DNA of 64,000 nt from Camelus ferus (lineage: Eukaryota). The stretch is taken from assembly GCF_009834535.1 (NCBI RefSeq), contig NC_045707.1, positions 59,274,001-59,338,000 of the forward strand, in the 5' to 3' direction. The position numbers and the translations under genes were made by a program. Below are positions 14,083-27,319 of this stretch, in pieces. Numbering within the stretch: the first letter of the stretch is position 1; each line of letters opens with the position of its first letter. The notes under the pieces are model-generated. The model did not search any database. It worked only from the letters and a program-made list of their open reading frames with translations, and was not told the origin of the DNA.

Positions 14083-14350
14083 AACACTGGCCAATAGAAA
14101 CTTCTGCAATGATAGAAATATTCTACATGTGTGTTGAGTAGAGTAACCACTTGCCACATGTGACAACCGAGGATGGGAAATGTAGCTATAGCTAGAATGA
14201 CTAAGGAAGTTTCTAGTTCTAATAAATTGCTGAATTTCTAATATTACTTAGCTAACAAATAATATTTTTTTAAATTAACGTTATAATTAAATACAGATCT
14301 TTATTTAAATTTAAATAGCCCTAAGTGGTTAAGTGGCTACCTTACTGCCT
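14083..14350. mobile_element. MER3-like hAT element
   Basis: ccaatagaaacttctgcaatgatagaaatattcta...gccacatgtg...ttaaatttaaatagcc...gtggctacc. Confidence 0.75.
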
Positions 14351-14814
14351 TAAGATAAACTCAAAAGAACGTGAAGTTGGTGCATTACCTGATTCCATAG
14401 ATTTTCAGCGTTGATAAAGTGAGTGGCCTATTTTAGCTTAAGTTGCCATATAGAACATATATTTGCAAGAATAAAAAAAGAAGGCCATGAATTTTTTTTT
14501 AAAGCTCCAAAGAATATAACCACACTCTAACACTTGCAGAAAGAACTATAAGCTTTATTCACCCTTTATAAATCTTGAATCCCTGAACAAATAGACTTAC
14601 CAACAGACTTTCACAGCAAAAATCTGGCTGGAAATATGAATTTATATATGGTTTTAAGTTTGATAATTTTTACTAAGTCAACCATCTAATCTATAAATCT
14701 AAAAGGATGGCAATAATCTTCATGTTGAAAATAAATTCACAGGAAACATATGTAGAGGTATAAATTAATCAGTGCCAATAAAACAAGGAGGCATTCTTTT
14801 TTCCTACCTTTGCA

Positions 14815-15020
14815 TGAAAAACTAGAATTGTGTGCTTACTATAGACTAGACACTGTGCTTACAGCTTGAAAGGCATATTCTCATTTTACTCTTGTAATCA
14901 TCTAATGAGGTAGGTACTACTATCCACATTGAACACATGAGGAAATGGAGGCTCAATGGAGTTAATTGTTTTCAAATTCATGTAACTCATGAATGTTAAA
15001 GCTGAATGCTGCATTCTGTC
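14815..15020 (-). mobile_element. MIR SINE
   Basis: Core atgaggtaggtactactatccacatt...atgaggaaatggaggctca. Confidence 0.75.
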
Positions 15021-16054
15021 TTTATTAATAGTAATAGTTGGCAAACCTCCTTATGATTACATATGGATATTTAAGAATGATTTTTATTGCTATTCAACAT
15101 TTCAGTACCACTACTGAAATAAATGCTCTGTCAAAGAATAACTGGTCCCTGTCTGAACAAGGTGTAATCCATGACTGTGTGAATGCATTTTCACTTCGCT
15201 ACTATACCATTTATATTTCTATAGCTCTAGCTCTCCAACAGTAGCTTGAACAAAGCCAAATTCTAGAAGCCACAGTGACAAAAATTCATTACTATTCATA
15301 AATTGGAACAACTGATCGCTTGCAGTTGTCTCCCGTAGTTTTGCCAAGGAAGCAAGACTAAAAGTGGGATAATGAGTATCACCCATGCCTTTTGTTTTGG
15401 AACTATTCATTAAATAAAGGTAATTTAGCCAAAAATACATTTCAAGAAGAATTGCCAATTTGCACATTTCTTCCAAATGCATTCAGCAAGTGACAATGGC
15501 ATTTAAAATCTAAATTTACAGTAAGAGATATCACAGGATTTTGAAGTAGCAGAACCATTTCTAGCTGCTGAAGTCTAAGAATGAAGAGACAAAATAACGA
15601 AACCTTGGGAACATGTCTGAAAATGTGACACCAACACACTGAACATCCATCTCAAGCTGTCTCCAGAAAGCTGGATGTCCACTTAAAATGCATGACGCTG
15701 CCATACCAGAGCCTCTTTCAAAATTTACCACCTGGTTTTGTGTATTTCACTCTAGATTCCACTAGAAAGATGGTGAACCAACTGAATTACTATCATCAGC
15801 TTGTGATGAGGCTATTCTCCAAATACCTTGAAAATGAGTATCTCCAAGGCCTCACCTAATGGACCAAAGCTGCCAATTGCAGTCAGGAAATGAGACAACG
15901 CATTTGAAGATTCATATCATACTCTCCAATGCTGCCTTTACTTTCGGTTAACATAAATGTACATGTTCCTCTTACTGTTTCAAAATCTGTTTAAAAACAT
16001 GCAGTTATCTAAAATAAAATCTCACTTCAAAATCTTTTTTAGCTATTTATTGAA

Positions 16055-16240
16055 TATATAATATGTGTACTATGTATGTTCAGGCACTGTGATTGCTTTG
16101 TCTCACCTAATCCTCTCAGTGCTATGAAAAGCGGTATGATTCCCCATAGTTCACCTGTGAGGAAAACTGAAACTGGGGGGTCAATGACTCCCCCACGTAA
16201 CAGCCAGTAGGGTGGGGGGGCCATGCTCTCAACCACTTTT
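16055..16240 (-). mobile_element. MIR SINE
   Basis: caggcactgtg...ctcacctaatcctctcag...gaggaaaactga. Confidence 0.6.
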
Positions 16241-16589
16241 CTGTGCCTGGCTACAAGTGTTCTAGTCCCTTCTTGTCTGAAAAGACTACTATCTCCTTCA
16301 CAGAAAACAGCTCCTTTGAAGAAAACAGGGAATTAAATCTTATAACAGACTCCAAGGATAGACTTGCTTTCCCACAAGTTGTCCAGAAATAATCAACAAG
16401 AAAAAATTTCTTTCATTTTTTTTATAACATGTTGGAGTCTTTCCTTACCTTTCCAATATTAAGTGAATTTAAAATCATATTTATTAACTCAAATCCATTT
16501 ATTATGTTTTTATTCCACACTATGTATTGACTCCTTTCTTAATAAAAACCCAAATTGAGTCAGAAGTAAATTGTTACAGAGCAACAGAA

Positions 16590-17395
16590 CAGATGGTGAT
16601 CTAAGTGTAGAAGAGAAAACAAGACCGTGTAAATACTAGAAGAAAACATGGGCATATTTCTTCATAGTTCTGGAGTAGAGAAAGCTTTCCAAATTATGTA
16701 AGTACTGCACATTAACTGATTGTACCACCGGAGCTACGAAAGCCTTCCAAATTATGACCTCAACTTCACAAGTCATTAAAAGTGCCATAAATTCAACTTC
16801 TGCATGATGAAAAACACTCTAAGCAAAAGCAAATTACAAACAAACCTAATATCACAGAAAGACTATGTAAGAAGCTCTAAAAATTAAGAGGTTAAAAAAG
16901 CCAACACTCAATAGAAAAATGGGCAAATAATATAAATCCAGTGCTTATAGGTTAAAAGAAAAAAAAAGTTTCTTAAACATATGAAAGCATAATCAACTTC
17001 TCTTAGAATAAAAGAACAGCAAACTATAACTATACCAAGATATAATTTTGACATATATAGATACGGAAAAAACTAAACTTTACAATAAGCTCTGTTAGAC
17101 AATTTGTGAGGAAATAATTCCTCTAATGCACTACTGGTAGGAGTGGAAAAATGGTGCAACCTCTGTGGCAGCAACTTGATGGTGACTATTAAAATGAAAA
17201 TGTATTTCCTGTTTGATGCATCTATCTCTATTTCTAAGAATTTATTTTACCAACTTACATGCATATATACAACATGACATAACAACAGGTAATATATTGC
17301 AATATTTTTCTGCAATTGTGAAAGACTGAGGAAGAAAAACAACAAACATCTATCAATTCGGGGAACATGGGGATACACCATAATTGACTTAACCA
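16590..17395 (+). mobile_element. Old L1M ORF2 3' region
   Basis: aaatactagaagaaaacatggg...caatagaaaaatgggcaaa...ctggtaggagtggaaaaatggtgcaacctctgtgg. Confidence 0.8.
16699..16734 (-). pseudogene. Tailless retrocopy of the 5' half of tRNA-Ile(TAT)
   Basis: Minus strand GCTCCGGTGGTACAATCAGTTAATGTGCAGTACTTA vs recalled tRNA-Ile-TAT GCTCCAGTGGCGCAATCGGTTAGCGCGCGGTACTTA (28/36; 6 of 8 differences are CpG transitions); 19-bp TSD at 16680-16698 and 16738-16756. Confidence 0.85.
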
Positions 17396-19788
17396 CTTTC
17401 CTATGGTTATTTTTTTTTCCTTTAATATGAATGCCCCAGCCTTGTCCTAACAAAGAAATGACATAGGCTGGGCTGTAATAACATGGAATTCTGGGAGTGA
17501 GGGAGACCCAGGTAGAGCATGACAGCAGAACTCACATGACCTCCTGCTCAAGAGAGAATCTGGCACAGCACAGGCGCCAAGCTGGAGGGAGGGAAGCAAA
17601 CTTGAGCCAGGTCCCGGGCAGTAATTAGTGTTCAAAGGGAGATAAAACTCTAAGGAAGGGGATTGAGGTCAAGGCATTAGGAGAAGAAACAGATGGAAGA
17701 ATCATTTGAACCACATCCAGTCTCTTGGAGGTAGTGAGAAAGAAGAGAAAGAAAAAGCTACCTCAGATAATTTTGCTAAAAAGTTTGTTTTAGGAAAAAA
17801 AAAAGGGGGGGGGGAATAATGTCAGAGATCTGAGGACATAAGAAATATCCCAGGCAAAAGGTGGTTTAAAAGCAAGCAAGCAAATACAACCTTCCTTCCT
17901 ATCCTCAACCTTGCCAAAGGAGATTTACTAAGATGCAGCCAGATGGGATTGCCAGGCTTCACATTTCTCTCCAGACATCTTTGCAGCTGGTCCTAACACT
18001 GTATGGGAACACATTTCCATTATCTACAGTATCATAAATGCAAGAAACAGTTATTTATTAATATTTACTCACAGCATTGAATCCCAGCATCAAAACGCTG
18101 AACCGCATTCCACTCATATTGGCATTAATCGAAGCAATTGTCAAGAAATGAAAAAATTGAACAGCAATCAAATATTCTGGATATTGTAGTGACAGATCTG
18201 AATCAGTTATTCAGAAATTTGTTATAACTGTATTAAAAACAACCAAACAAATTTGACAAGAATCACCTCAATTGAGCATAAAAGGCAGGCTGAATTTTTT
18301 GATGTGTGTACTTCCAGCTATATCCAGAACATTGTTTCCTCCTCCTCCATTGTTACTTAGAACAGTCTTGCAAGTGCTAAGGCTGTAATTTCTGAATATG
18401 TAAAGATTCAGTAGGCCATATTTTAGCCACTAAAATTTGATTGACTAAATCATTTTGTAATATGTAATCTGAGTCTCAGTACTTTCAGACTATATAAATT
18501 GTGACTTTATTAGATGGGAGTTAGTGAAACTGGGACTTTAAGATACACAGGCTTTAACTGTACAAACACTGGATATGAACATCTTGGCTCAAATCACTAG
18601 TCAATTAGCCAATCAACACCCACACACACAAAACTAGTCAAACTAATTCTGTTTGAGTTTACTGGAACCTTTAAGAAAAATAATTATTTAACTAAATTAA
18701 TGGCACTTCATGCAAAAGAGTCTATTATGTGAATATAATAGTTGTTTTTAAATCACTATGTATTAGAAATTATCAAAATTAGATTTAACAATTGAAATTA
18801 ATAGATCCAATAATAAGTGTTTAACTTATCTAATCCATTAAAAAGTGTCTTTTTATTTTTCTTTCAAAGAATTCTTATCTCTAATTATTGTTATAAGATG
18901 GAGCCACTTACAGGACATATGTGTTATTCTGCAAAAATACAACACAGGATGACGCACGATGTGATTTATTCTGTTTGAAATAAATCTTCTTGAAGATACA
19001 TTACAAGCAATTTCATTAGAAGGGTTTTTGAGAGTCTGGTCTTTGGATTGATTATTTTAATATTCTTGGCATGTATTATAAAGTAGTTTGTTACAATTCT
19101 TACGGAATTTGGACTTTAAGAATGGAACTAAATTAATTCTGAGCCTGACAATGCTACTGAAGCATATGAGACCTTGCCAACAATGCACAGCCTATGATAT
19201 TAGATCAGATAGAATTTTGTATAAAACACCCATTTAAACTTTTGTTTAATTTTTTAAAAATTTAAATATAAGAAACGTAGATTAAAGAGTATACACTGTA
19301 GGGTGATTTTAATAACAATTTTATGCTTGAGTTTTATTAGATGTTAAGGAAATATGGTGACCCACGTGCTCTGCCTACAACAGATGAATAGAACATAACT
19401 TGGTTCCAGTTCTCTGCAGTAGTTATAACGGAAAGAGATTTCCCTAAGTCCAGAAGCGTCATAGGAAGCAAATGAAAACAGAAGTCCCAGATCAAATTCA
19501 CTCTTTGATCACATCTTTCACCTAGAGAATTTAAGAAATTTTAGGTATTCTCTAGACGTCTACAGATAGAAATCCTCAGAGGCCAAAAAGACTTTAGACA
19601 CCAAGTTATCAGCAATGGCCAAAAATAACCCCAACACTTTTACACATGGTATAGACAAGATCAACTCACCCTTCGGACTTCAGGCAAAGTATATCTTAAT
19701 TATTCAGCCACACTGTTGGCTGCTCGCCACAGAATGCTTAAGAATGGAAATACTGATATGCTAATATGCTTATGCTAATATTTCTTAT

Positions 19789-20216
19789 CTGTGGGAAACT
19801 GCTAGCTGTTTCCTAACATCCTTCTCTCCTTCATAATAATATGATTGTAGCTGAGCAAGTGACTGCCCAGCTAGAGACAATGTTTCCCAGCTCACCCTGC
19901 AACTGGATATGGTCATGTAACCATGTTCACCCAATGGAATGTGAGCTTAATGGCCACCTCCTCCTCACTTCCCTAAAATAAATTGATGCCTCTGCTTGGT
20001 GTTCTTATCACCTTTCATGGGTGGCTGGTGACCCAGCTTCGACCACATAGACAAGCAAACTACCTTTGAGGGCACGGAAACCTGGCAGGAGGACCATTTC
20101 CTAAAGCAGGTCTGCCTCACCAGGTACGATTGAGTAATTGAATTCCATGGTATCTGAATAACCATATCTGAGGATCTTATTGGTAAAGCAACTTAGCCTT
20201 TACCCTAAGAAATACA
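19789..20216 (+). mobile_element. Ancient ERVL/MaLR-type LTR
   Basis: tgtgggaaactgctagctg...tttcccagctcaccctgcaactggatatggtcatgtaac...aataca. Confidence 0.55.
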
Positions 20217-20599
20217 ACTATCCTTATCGTGTACCAGTATAGTACCCTATACTGTGAAATTCTTAAAGGAAAGAACAATGACTTATTTATTTAGTCCAGG
20301 GCCAGGATCATAGTAACATTCAAGAAATCTATATTGAATTGACAGGAAAAATCCTCTCAAAGAGTTACCAATATTTTCTTCAGTCTACCACAGAGTCACA
20401 CCAAAAAACAACTTCATATATTTGAGGATAGTAATCATATCACTCCTCCACTCTCCAGGATAAATGCCAATTCTGTTAAACATTCCCTGTAAATTTACTT
20501 CTCAGCACTTTAATTATTAGGTCACTGTCACTCTTCTCTGGATTCTATTCAGTTTCCCAGCATTTCTTTAAAATGTAATGATCAAATCTGCACAGAAAC

Positions 20600-21090
20600 T
20601 GTACAGTAAAGGAGTTCAGAGCATGCCACCCCAAAATATCCTGCATTGGCAAACTGCCTATTTTGAGTTAAAGGCACTTGAAAAATTGCAAATATAAAAA
20701 CAACACTCTAACCTCCCTTCTTTTTCTTAAAAGCCGGAGATAAAATTCCAATGTGAAAAAATGTCCTAACAGAAGGAAAGAAATATTTTTATTAAAGACG
20801 AGAAGTTGAGACTGAGAGAATTCTATTTAAACCTTGCTAAAATCATTTTTATCTTCCTTTTCAGTTCCCCACATAGTTTAGTCACTTTTCTACAATTTCT
20901 TCTCTTTGTTCAATCTAAGATAAAGATTAGTGGGTTTTGCTATTTCTGTGGGTCTTCATTCCTTATGAAGGCTCCATGTCATGTAAAATTTAATGTAAGT
21001 CTGTATGCTTTTTTCCTGCTAATCTGTTTCATGTCAGTTTAATTCTCAGCCCCTGCTGAAAAACCCTAAGAGAGTCCAGGGAAGACAGGA
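20600..21090 (+). mobile_element. ERV1 solo LTR, MER34-like
   Basis: aaggagttcagagcatgccaccccaaaatat...attttgagttaaaggcacttga; tatgctttttcctgctaatctgt. Confidence 0.75.
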
Positions 21091-21509
21091 AGAGTCTGAC
21101 TGATGCAAATTAGAATGGAAGGATTATTTTCTAATCTCTCTCTGCAACAGTCAAGCATATTTTACTACATTAGTAAGAACGGTTAGTTGTACACCACAGA
21201 ATCACGGTAATAACTTATATTTACTTCATAACACAGGAAAACCCTCTACTCTTTCTCTAAGCTATGTATTTGCTACTATAAATTATTGTCTTTACTATTA
21301 CTACCTACTTGCTGATATGTCTTCTTTTGAATTCCATTATGTTTTTATGAACTATATCATTTTTATTATTTATAAATATAGTAGCATTTGACTTATTCTA
21401 CCAGGTTATCATTAAAACATCAAACAAGATAGGAAAGAGCTCTGTGAATTACCATCTGAAATGTTATGTAGGCTGATCCAGTGCCACTGATAATTATCAA
21501 TACTGTCAT

Positions 21510-22000
21510 TTGTTGGGTATCAACATGTGAGTCACTTCAGGGATTGTATTCAACTCCACATAATAAAACCTGCTTTAATCAAATGGAGTTTATTTCTCTC
21601 ACCTAATAATAAGCCTGGGAAGGGAATAAAGGAATAAATTGAGACTGGCATAGCCACTCCACATGCCAGAGTTCTGTTCTTGTTTTTTGTCTTTGCTTTG
21701 TCATCCTTAGAGTAGGTCTCTTATCCTAATTATTGGAAGGTAGTTTCCACACACATAGAACAGGGCAAAGGGACATTCCACTGTGTCTACCCCTCTTAAT
21801 CAGAATAACAATGATTTTCCCATAAGCCCCACCCAGTAGATTTCTGCCAGCATGACATGAGGTGACCACCCACAGCTAAACAGGAATTCCAGAAGGCAAA
21901 TATTTGAACTGGACACATTGCCTCCCCAACCAAATGTGGAATGTGTTAATAAAGAAGAGGGGGAAATTAGCAGTGGGTGGACAATTTTCTGTATCTGCCA
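21510..22000 (-). mobile_element. MaLR LTR (MLT1J/K-like), degraded
   Basis: ggagtttatttctctcac...ttttcccataagcccc...ctggacacattgcctcccc...gaagaggggg. Confidence 0.5.
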
Positions 22001-23193
22001 TGTTTTATACTATGAGAGTCCAGATTACAATGCCTAGATTATACACATGAGTTTATCATTGGGCAGAATAAAAAATGAAATCAATAATTATCTCTTCTTT
22101 CCATTAATAAGCATAACTATGTCTTCACTAACCATGCTCTATGTAACACATATTACAGCGAAATTACTGTTTGATAATCATTTTGGTATTTATGTAAAGC
22201 CGTAATTTCTGAAATTTCTGGTTTTACTCCTTATTAAAAAATACTTCAGGAGTTCCCCTTAACAAGCCCTCTGGCAACATGAGGCCTGTGCTGTCAAGGA
22301 ACATTGAGAAAAAAATAAAACCATTTATTTAAAACTATTTGGGATCTCACTTCTGAACTGAAGTCCCCACTTTGAAGGTCCTCTTCCTTCCTCCAGGTAG
22401 GAAAATCTTGAGAAGAGGATGGATGTGGATTCACTGAGTCTCCATCAGTTGTGTCTATTTAAATGGTTTAGAACTGCTCCGTCTGATATGGGACACTTTC
22501 AGCATGCAAGGCTCTTCAGAGATACATTCTTTATATTTGCTTGTTTGCAAGTAGTTTACATAGGCCACACGGTCATCATTCAAGTGGGAACAGTAAGCGT
22601 TTACAGTGGGTGTCTTCTCTATTTTGGTGTGGCTGCTTAATCCATTCCCCAGTCTAGGGAATTAAGGAAGAATCGCAATACCTTTTGAATATTTTCCATT
22701 CAAGAGCCCTTTGACAATTTAATATCCCCTAACTAGCACTGGAACATTCTGGCCATGTGGCAGGCACAGTAGCAAAATGTCCTGACTTTAAGATTAGATA
22801 TGCCTGAGATTGAATTCTCTATTTCCTATCACTGGGTGAGCCTCCACAAGTCATCTCAACTCTCAGTCCCTGTATCCTTTGCTGGGAATTGGGTTTACGG
22901 TATCTCCTTGCAAGATAAGAATTACAATGGTCTCTCTCCATTACTGTCAGATTGTACACTCTGTGCCAGAATGACTCCCCAGAACTAGGATTTCATAGCA
23001 ATTATTTCCAACTTTAGCAAAACTTTACTGCAAGGAACCTAGGAAAAGACATCTTTAGCGTGCTTTGTGCCTCTGAAAGTTGACAACCTTTAGGAATTGG
23101 TACAGAAAGGCTGTTATTTTCCACCCTGCTAGGCCCTAGAATTACAGATCTACATGTAAATAGTGGCTTTTGTTGTTTTGAAATTTGTAGAGT

Positions 23194-23500
23194 AATAATG
23201 CAATAAATGTTGAAACACTGACAGCTAAGAAGATACAAGCCCAGCATCTACTCATCGTAATTCCATTCAGATCTCTTTGCCTCACCGGTATGGTTCCAAC
23301 TCCTGCTTTGCCTCTTTGTTTATCACGTATAAATAATGCAATAATGCATTAAATAATAATAAAAATAATGCAATAAATGTTGAAACACTGACAGCTAAGA
23401 AGATACAAGCCCAGCACCTACTCATTGTAATTCCATTCAGATCTCTTTGCCTCAGCGGTATGGTTCCGACTCCTGCTTTGCCTCTTTGTTTATCACGTAT
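23194..23500. repeat. 137-bp tandem duplication (23194-23330, 23364-23500) with 33-bp junction
   Basis: Direct comparison: 4 substitutions in 137 bp. Confidence 0.95.
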
Positions 23501-23964
23501 TTCAGATTCTTACTTTTCTTGCATTTATTATATCAGCTGGTGCACTTTAGGTGTTTACTAAGTGTAACCATAAAGAGAAATTATTGTTCCAAGATTCTGT
23601 AAAGCTTCTATTGTAAAGATGGTGTATACACATTATCTTGGGGCTATTTTTTTCAAGTCTTTAATTCACTTTGTACTACAAGAAGTCTGATGCCATTATT
23701 AAAAATGAAACTTCCTCAGGCTGCACAGACTACATGCAATTTGAACCTTAGGATGCACATCAAATAGTTATTTGTTAATGAAAATATTTTAAATAATAAG
23801 CATGCTATATTTCCCTTTTAACAATAAATGATACACAATAATAGAGCAGCAGAGAGGGAAAACTATGACCTTCGCAGTGAGAAACCCAAGGGCTGCTTCA
23901 ATCTCTGTCTTCCGACTAAAGGATGAGGCTGTATCCTGGGAATTTTCTGCCATGTGGGGAAGAC

Positions 23965-24193
23965 GTTATGGCTCACAGACAAGGTCCTCACAAGGACTTC
24001 TCCCTGTGCGTGGGCATCCCTAGTGTCTCCTTCTCTTCGTAAAAGGACAGCACATTGAATTAGGGCCCCACCCTTATGACCTCATTTAACCTTAATTATC
24101 TCTTTAGAGGCCCTACCTCCAAAAACAGCCACACTGGGGGTTGGCTTTAACGTTTGAACATAGGTTGGGGGGCACAATTTAGTCCATAATAAC
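23965..24193 (-). mobile_element. MaLR LTR fragment, MLT1B-like
   Basis: ttagggccccacccttatgacctcatttaaccttaatta...gggggcacaatttagtccataata. Confidence 0.75.
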
Positions 24194-24654
24194 ATCTGAG
24201 CTGGCTACAGTAGAGGAAAACCTGTTTCCTTTGTAGTTCCCAGCCCCAACATAGCTTTACTGGTGAAGGAGTAAGAAATTTACAGTCCTAGGGTAATTAC
24301 CGATGCATGTTATACATGGGGTAGGGAAGTGAGGGTGTCATCTGGGCTTCTGTACACACTAGAGGGGAGAAACTCTTTTCTAATTAGGGTTTCAGCAGAG
24401 GCTTTCATTCTGGGGAATTATAAAAACCTGCTTATTCTCCATAGTAATGAAGATCAGGTAGAGGACACACACACGCTTGCAACAAATACGCGCTGAGTGC
24501 ACTGCTGTGCACTGGCTATGGTGGGCACAGCTCTAATGAAATCAGATTCAACCTGCCCATTCATGGCACTGACACCCTAACAGCCCCTCAATATCTATTA
24601 ACATTGTGAAGGAGAAATAAAAAAGGTATTATTTCCTTTTTCAAAAAAGAGACT

Positions 24655-24830
24655 GAGGAGGTAGGGAATAACAGGGAATAACTTCTAAAGGGTACAGTTT
24701 CTTCTTGGGGGGACGGTGAGGAAAATTTTGCAATCAGTGGTGATGGTTGCACAATTCTGTGAAAAAAATTGAATCGTACACTTCAAAGGGTGAATTTTGC
24801 TCTATGTTCATTGTATCTCAACAAAGCCAT
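24655..24830 (+). mobile_element. L1MB-like 3' end
   Basis: gggtacagtttctt...gtggtgatggttgcacaattctgtgaa...tgtatctcaacaaagc. Confidence 0.75.
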
Positions 24831-25396
24831 TATCTTCTTGTTAAAGGCACTAAGGGGATTCTATACTTTAGCTGTCTCTTCGTGGATGGTTTCAGCATTT
24901 CCCAGCCATTACTCTAAGAACTTTGATTCCTCTAAATTTTTCCCCAGTTAGATGCTGAAGTTTATGAAAAAACACTTGAAACAGTGAAGGCACACTGGGC
25001 CCTTATTTTACAGATTTTACGAAGCGGGACTGGGTAACAGTTGACTCAAATGTAGGAGGAAGAAACAGCCTATGTTCAAATTCTACTTCTGCCTTTTTGG
25101 CAGGTTATGTAACCTGTGACAAGTCATCTAATCTCACACTACAGGCACAAAAAAAAATTATGAGCTAAGTGAACTTACTATTCTCATTTCACAGATGAAG
25201 AATCAGGCTCAGTCAAGGTCACAGAGTCAGGGACTGAGATATTGATGGTAGGAAGAAATAAAATATAATAAGAGGAAATGCTGAGGAATGAAAAAATCTG
25301 ACTTAAAATCTTAAAGTCCAACCTCCACGACTTACTCTATTGCTTCCAGCAAGCTACTTAAGGTCTTCAGGCCTCAACTTCCTCCCGTCAAAGATG

Positions 25397-26100
25397 GTGT
25401 TTCAGGCATCCGCTGCTGGACAACAAACCATCCCCAAACCGAGGGCCCTAAATGACTTCTTGTGCTCTCCCCTGCTTCTGTAGGTTGACTGGGCATAACT
25501 GGGCAGTGCTCACTTGGGGTCTCTCATGCAGCTGCAGGCAGATGTTGGCCTGGAGCTGCTGTCATCTGAAGTCTTTCCTAGGCTGGATGTCCAGCATGAT
25601 TTGCACACATGTCTAGCCATGGATTCTGGCTCAGCTATGGCTGTCAACTGTGGCCATTCTGTATGGCTTGGATTTTTGCAACATAGTAGCTGGGTTCCAA
25701 GAGGGAGCATCTCAAACACGATGCTCCCAGGGGCCCAGGTGGAATGTCACTTCTGCTGTATTTTACTGACCAAGCTGGTCACTCAGGATAGTCCAGACTG
25801 AACAGGAGAGGAATTAGATACCACATCTTACTGTGAAGACAAGCATGCACATATAGCTACAGAAGAACTTGGTGACCATCTTAGAAAATTATTGACCATG
25901 GTCTGCCCTCTGACCATTGCAATATACTCATCCTCCTCCCAAGAGCCCCAGATTCATCCCATTATGGGACTGGCTTGAAGCCCAGGATCTCCCAGTTAAA
26001 TCAGCCTCAAATACGATTCCTGGGGGGTACATTTCCTCTCAGTGTCCAGATCCATGAACCAACAAGGTTTCTTTGCTTATGTTGCCCATGTATCCAACAA
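25397..26100 (-). mobile_element. MaLR LTR (MLT1G/H-like)
   Basis: aacaaaccatccccaaa...ttggggtctctcatgcagctgca...ctggagctgctgtcatctgaag...tgtcacttctgctgtattttactg. Confidence 0.6.
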
Positions 26101-26301
26101 GCAGAGGATGACAGCCAAAGATACACCCATCCAAAAAGGAAAGGGATGGACAGCACTGGGCTGTCACTGGTCCACAGCAGTCACTGACACCCTCCCAAGT
26201 TGACTTCAGTGCCCCACTTACATGCTCACTGAGGGCCACAGGCTTATCTCCATCATTAAAATGATGAAATTTCACATAATCGCTTGTTTTCTTTCCTAGC
26301 T

Positions 26302-26320
26302 TGTCCACTAGGTGGCAAGG
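26302..26320 (+). promoter_or_regulatory. Candidate CTCF site
   Basis: TGTCCACTAGGTGGCAAGG closely matches the CTCF core CCACYAGRKGGC; motif only. Confidence 0.4.
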
Positions 26321-26409
26321 ATTTTGAGAACAATGACTCTGTCCTGTTTATCACTGTTCACCTACCACCCAGCACTTAACAGATGCTTAATCGGAATTTG
26401 AGTCAATTA

Positions 26410-26798
26410 AAGCTCACCAGAGAGAACTACAAAGAGCCTGGGCGAGGTGTGGTAAGCTGGGGAGCCCCAGCAGGGGCTGTTTGTTCCAAGTCCTCTCGTG
26501 TCCCATTATCTCTGAATGGCCTGGCAAACATTTGTTTACCAAACATTTGCTCTTCCCATCTTTCTGTGAATTGTCTTCCCTTCCTTTGAAGCCCCAGACC
26601 CCTCCCACCTTCTCCATACCTCAGGATGGCACGTAAGCCTCAGTCACCTGACTGTCTGGGGGCCTTCCATGTCTCCATGCAGCTCCTAAATGTACAAACT
26701 TAAATTTGTTTTTTCTATTAAGTCTGTCTTACGTCAAGTTAACTATTAGACTAGTCAAAGGAACCCAAAAAGGTAGAGGAAAATTTTCCGCCCCGACA
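26410..26798 (+). mobile_element. ERV1 LTR 3' part (MER34/MER31-like)
   Basis: aaacatttgtttacc...ttcctttgaagcccc...taaatttgtttttctattaagtctgtctta...aaattttccgccccgaca. Confidence 0.65.
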
Positions 26799-27319
26799 CC
26801 CTCGTGTATAAAGGAGCGTAACAGTACTTGCTTTCTAAAAGTCTTATAAGGACCAAATCTCTAACGTTCCCCATTGCCAAGCACTGAAACACTGCGGATG
26901 GCTCTCTTTCCTCTCTTCCTCCTCTGATCTCTGATTATCTTAACCACTCATAAAAGATAAAAACAAAAATTATGGGGAAGTGTTGTCATGCTTTACTAGA
27001 CTCTCATGTTTTATCTTGGAGTAAATTCAAGACCTCTGTTGATTAAACATTCTTTCATGTTATTATCTTTCTAAACTGACTTTTATACATTCTTTATTTT
27101 TACTTATTAGATCTTAAATTAGTTGTCACTCCATGTAAAAATCTTCTCTTTCTTTTCATCTTAATCAATCCCTTTTTCACAGTTACTTTCCTAAACTATT
27201 GTCAAGACCTTGAGAGCAAAGCAGGGAATGCTTAACTCACACCAACTTACATGTTCTTCTGTATCTTCTCTGGGTTTATTCTAGAAAGTATAGTTGAGGA
27301 ATTCCAAGGTTTGATATCA

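Noticed and set aside
15219..15639. Minus-strand ORFs with acceptor-like sites and a downstream AATAAA
   Set aside because: Peptides not recognised and no coherent upstream exon chain; cannot support a terminal coding exon
23194..23500. Direct repeat as LTR pair or CRISPR array
   Set aside because: Only two copies, no TG..CA ends, and the spacer derives from the unit itself
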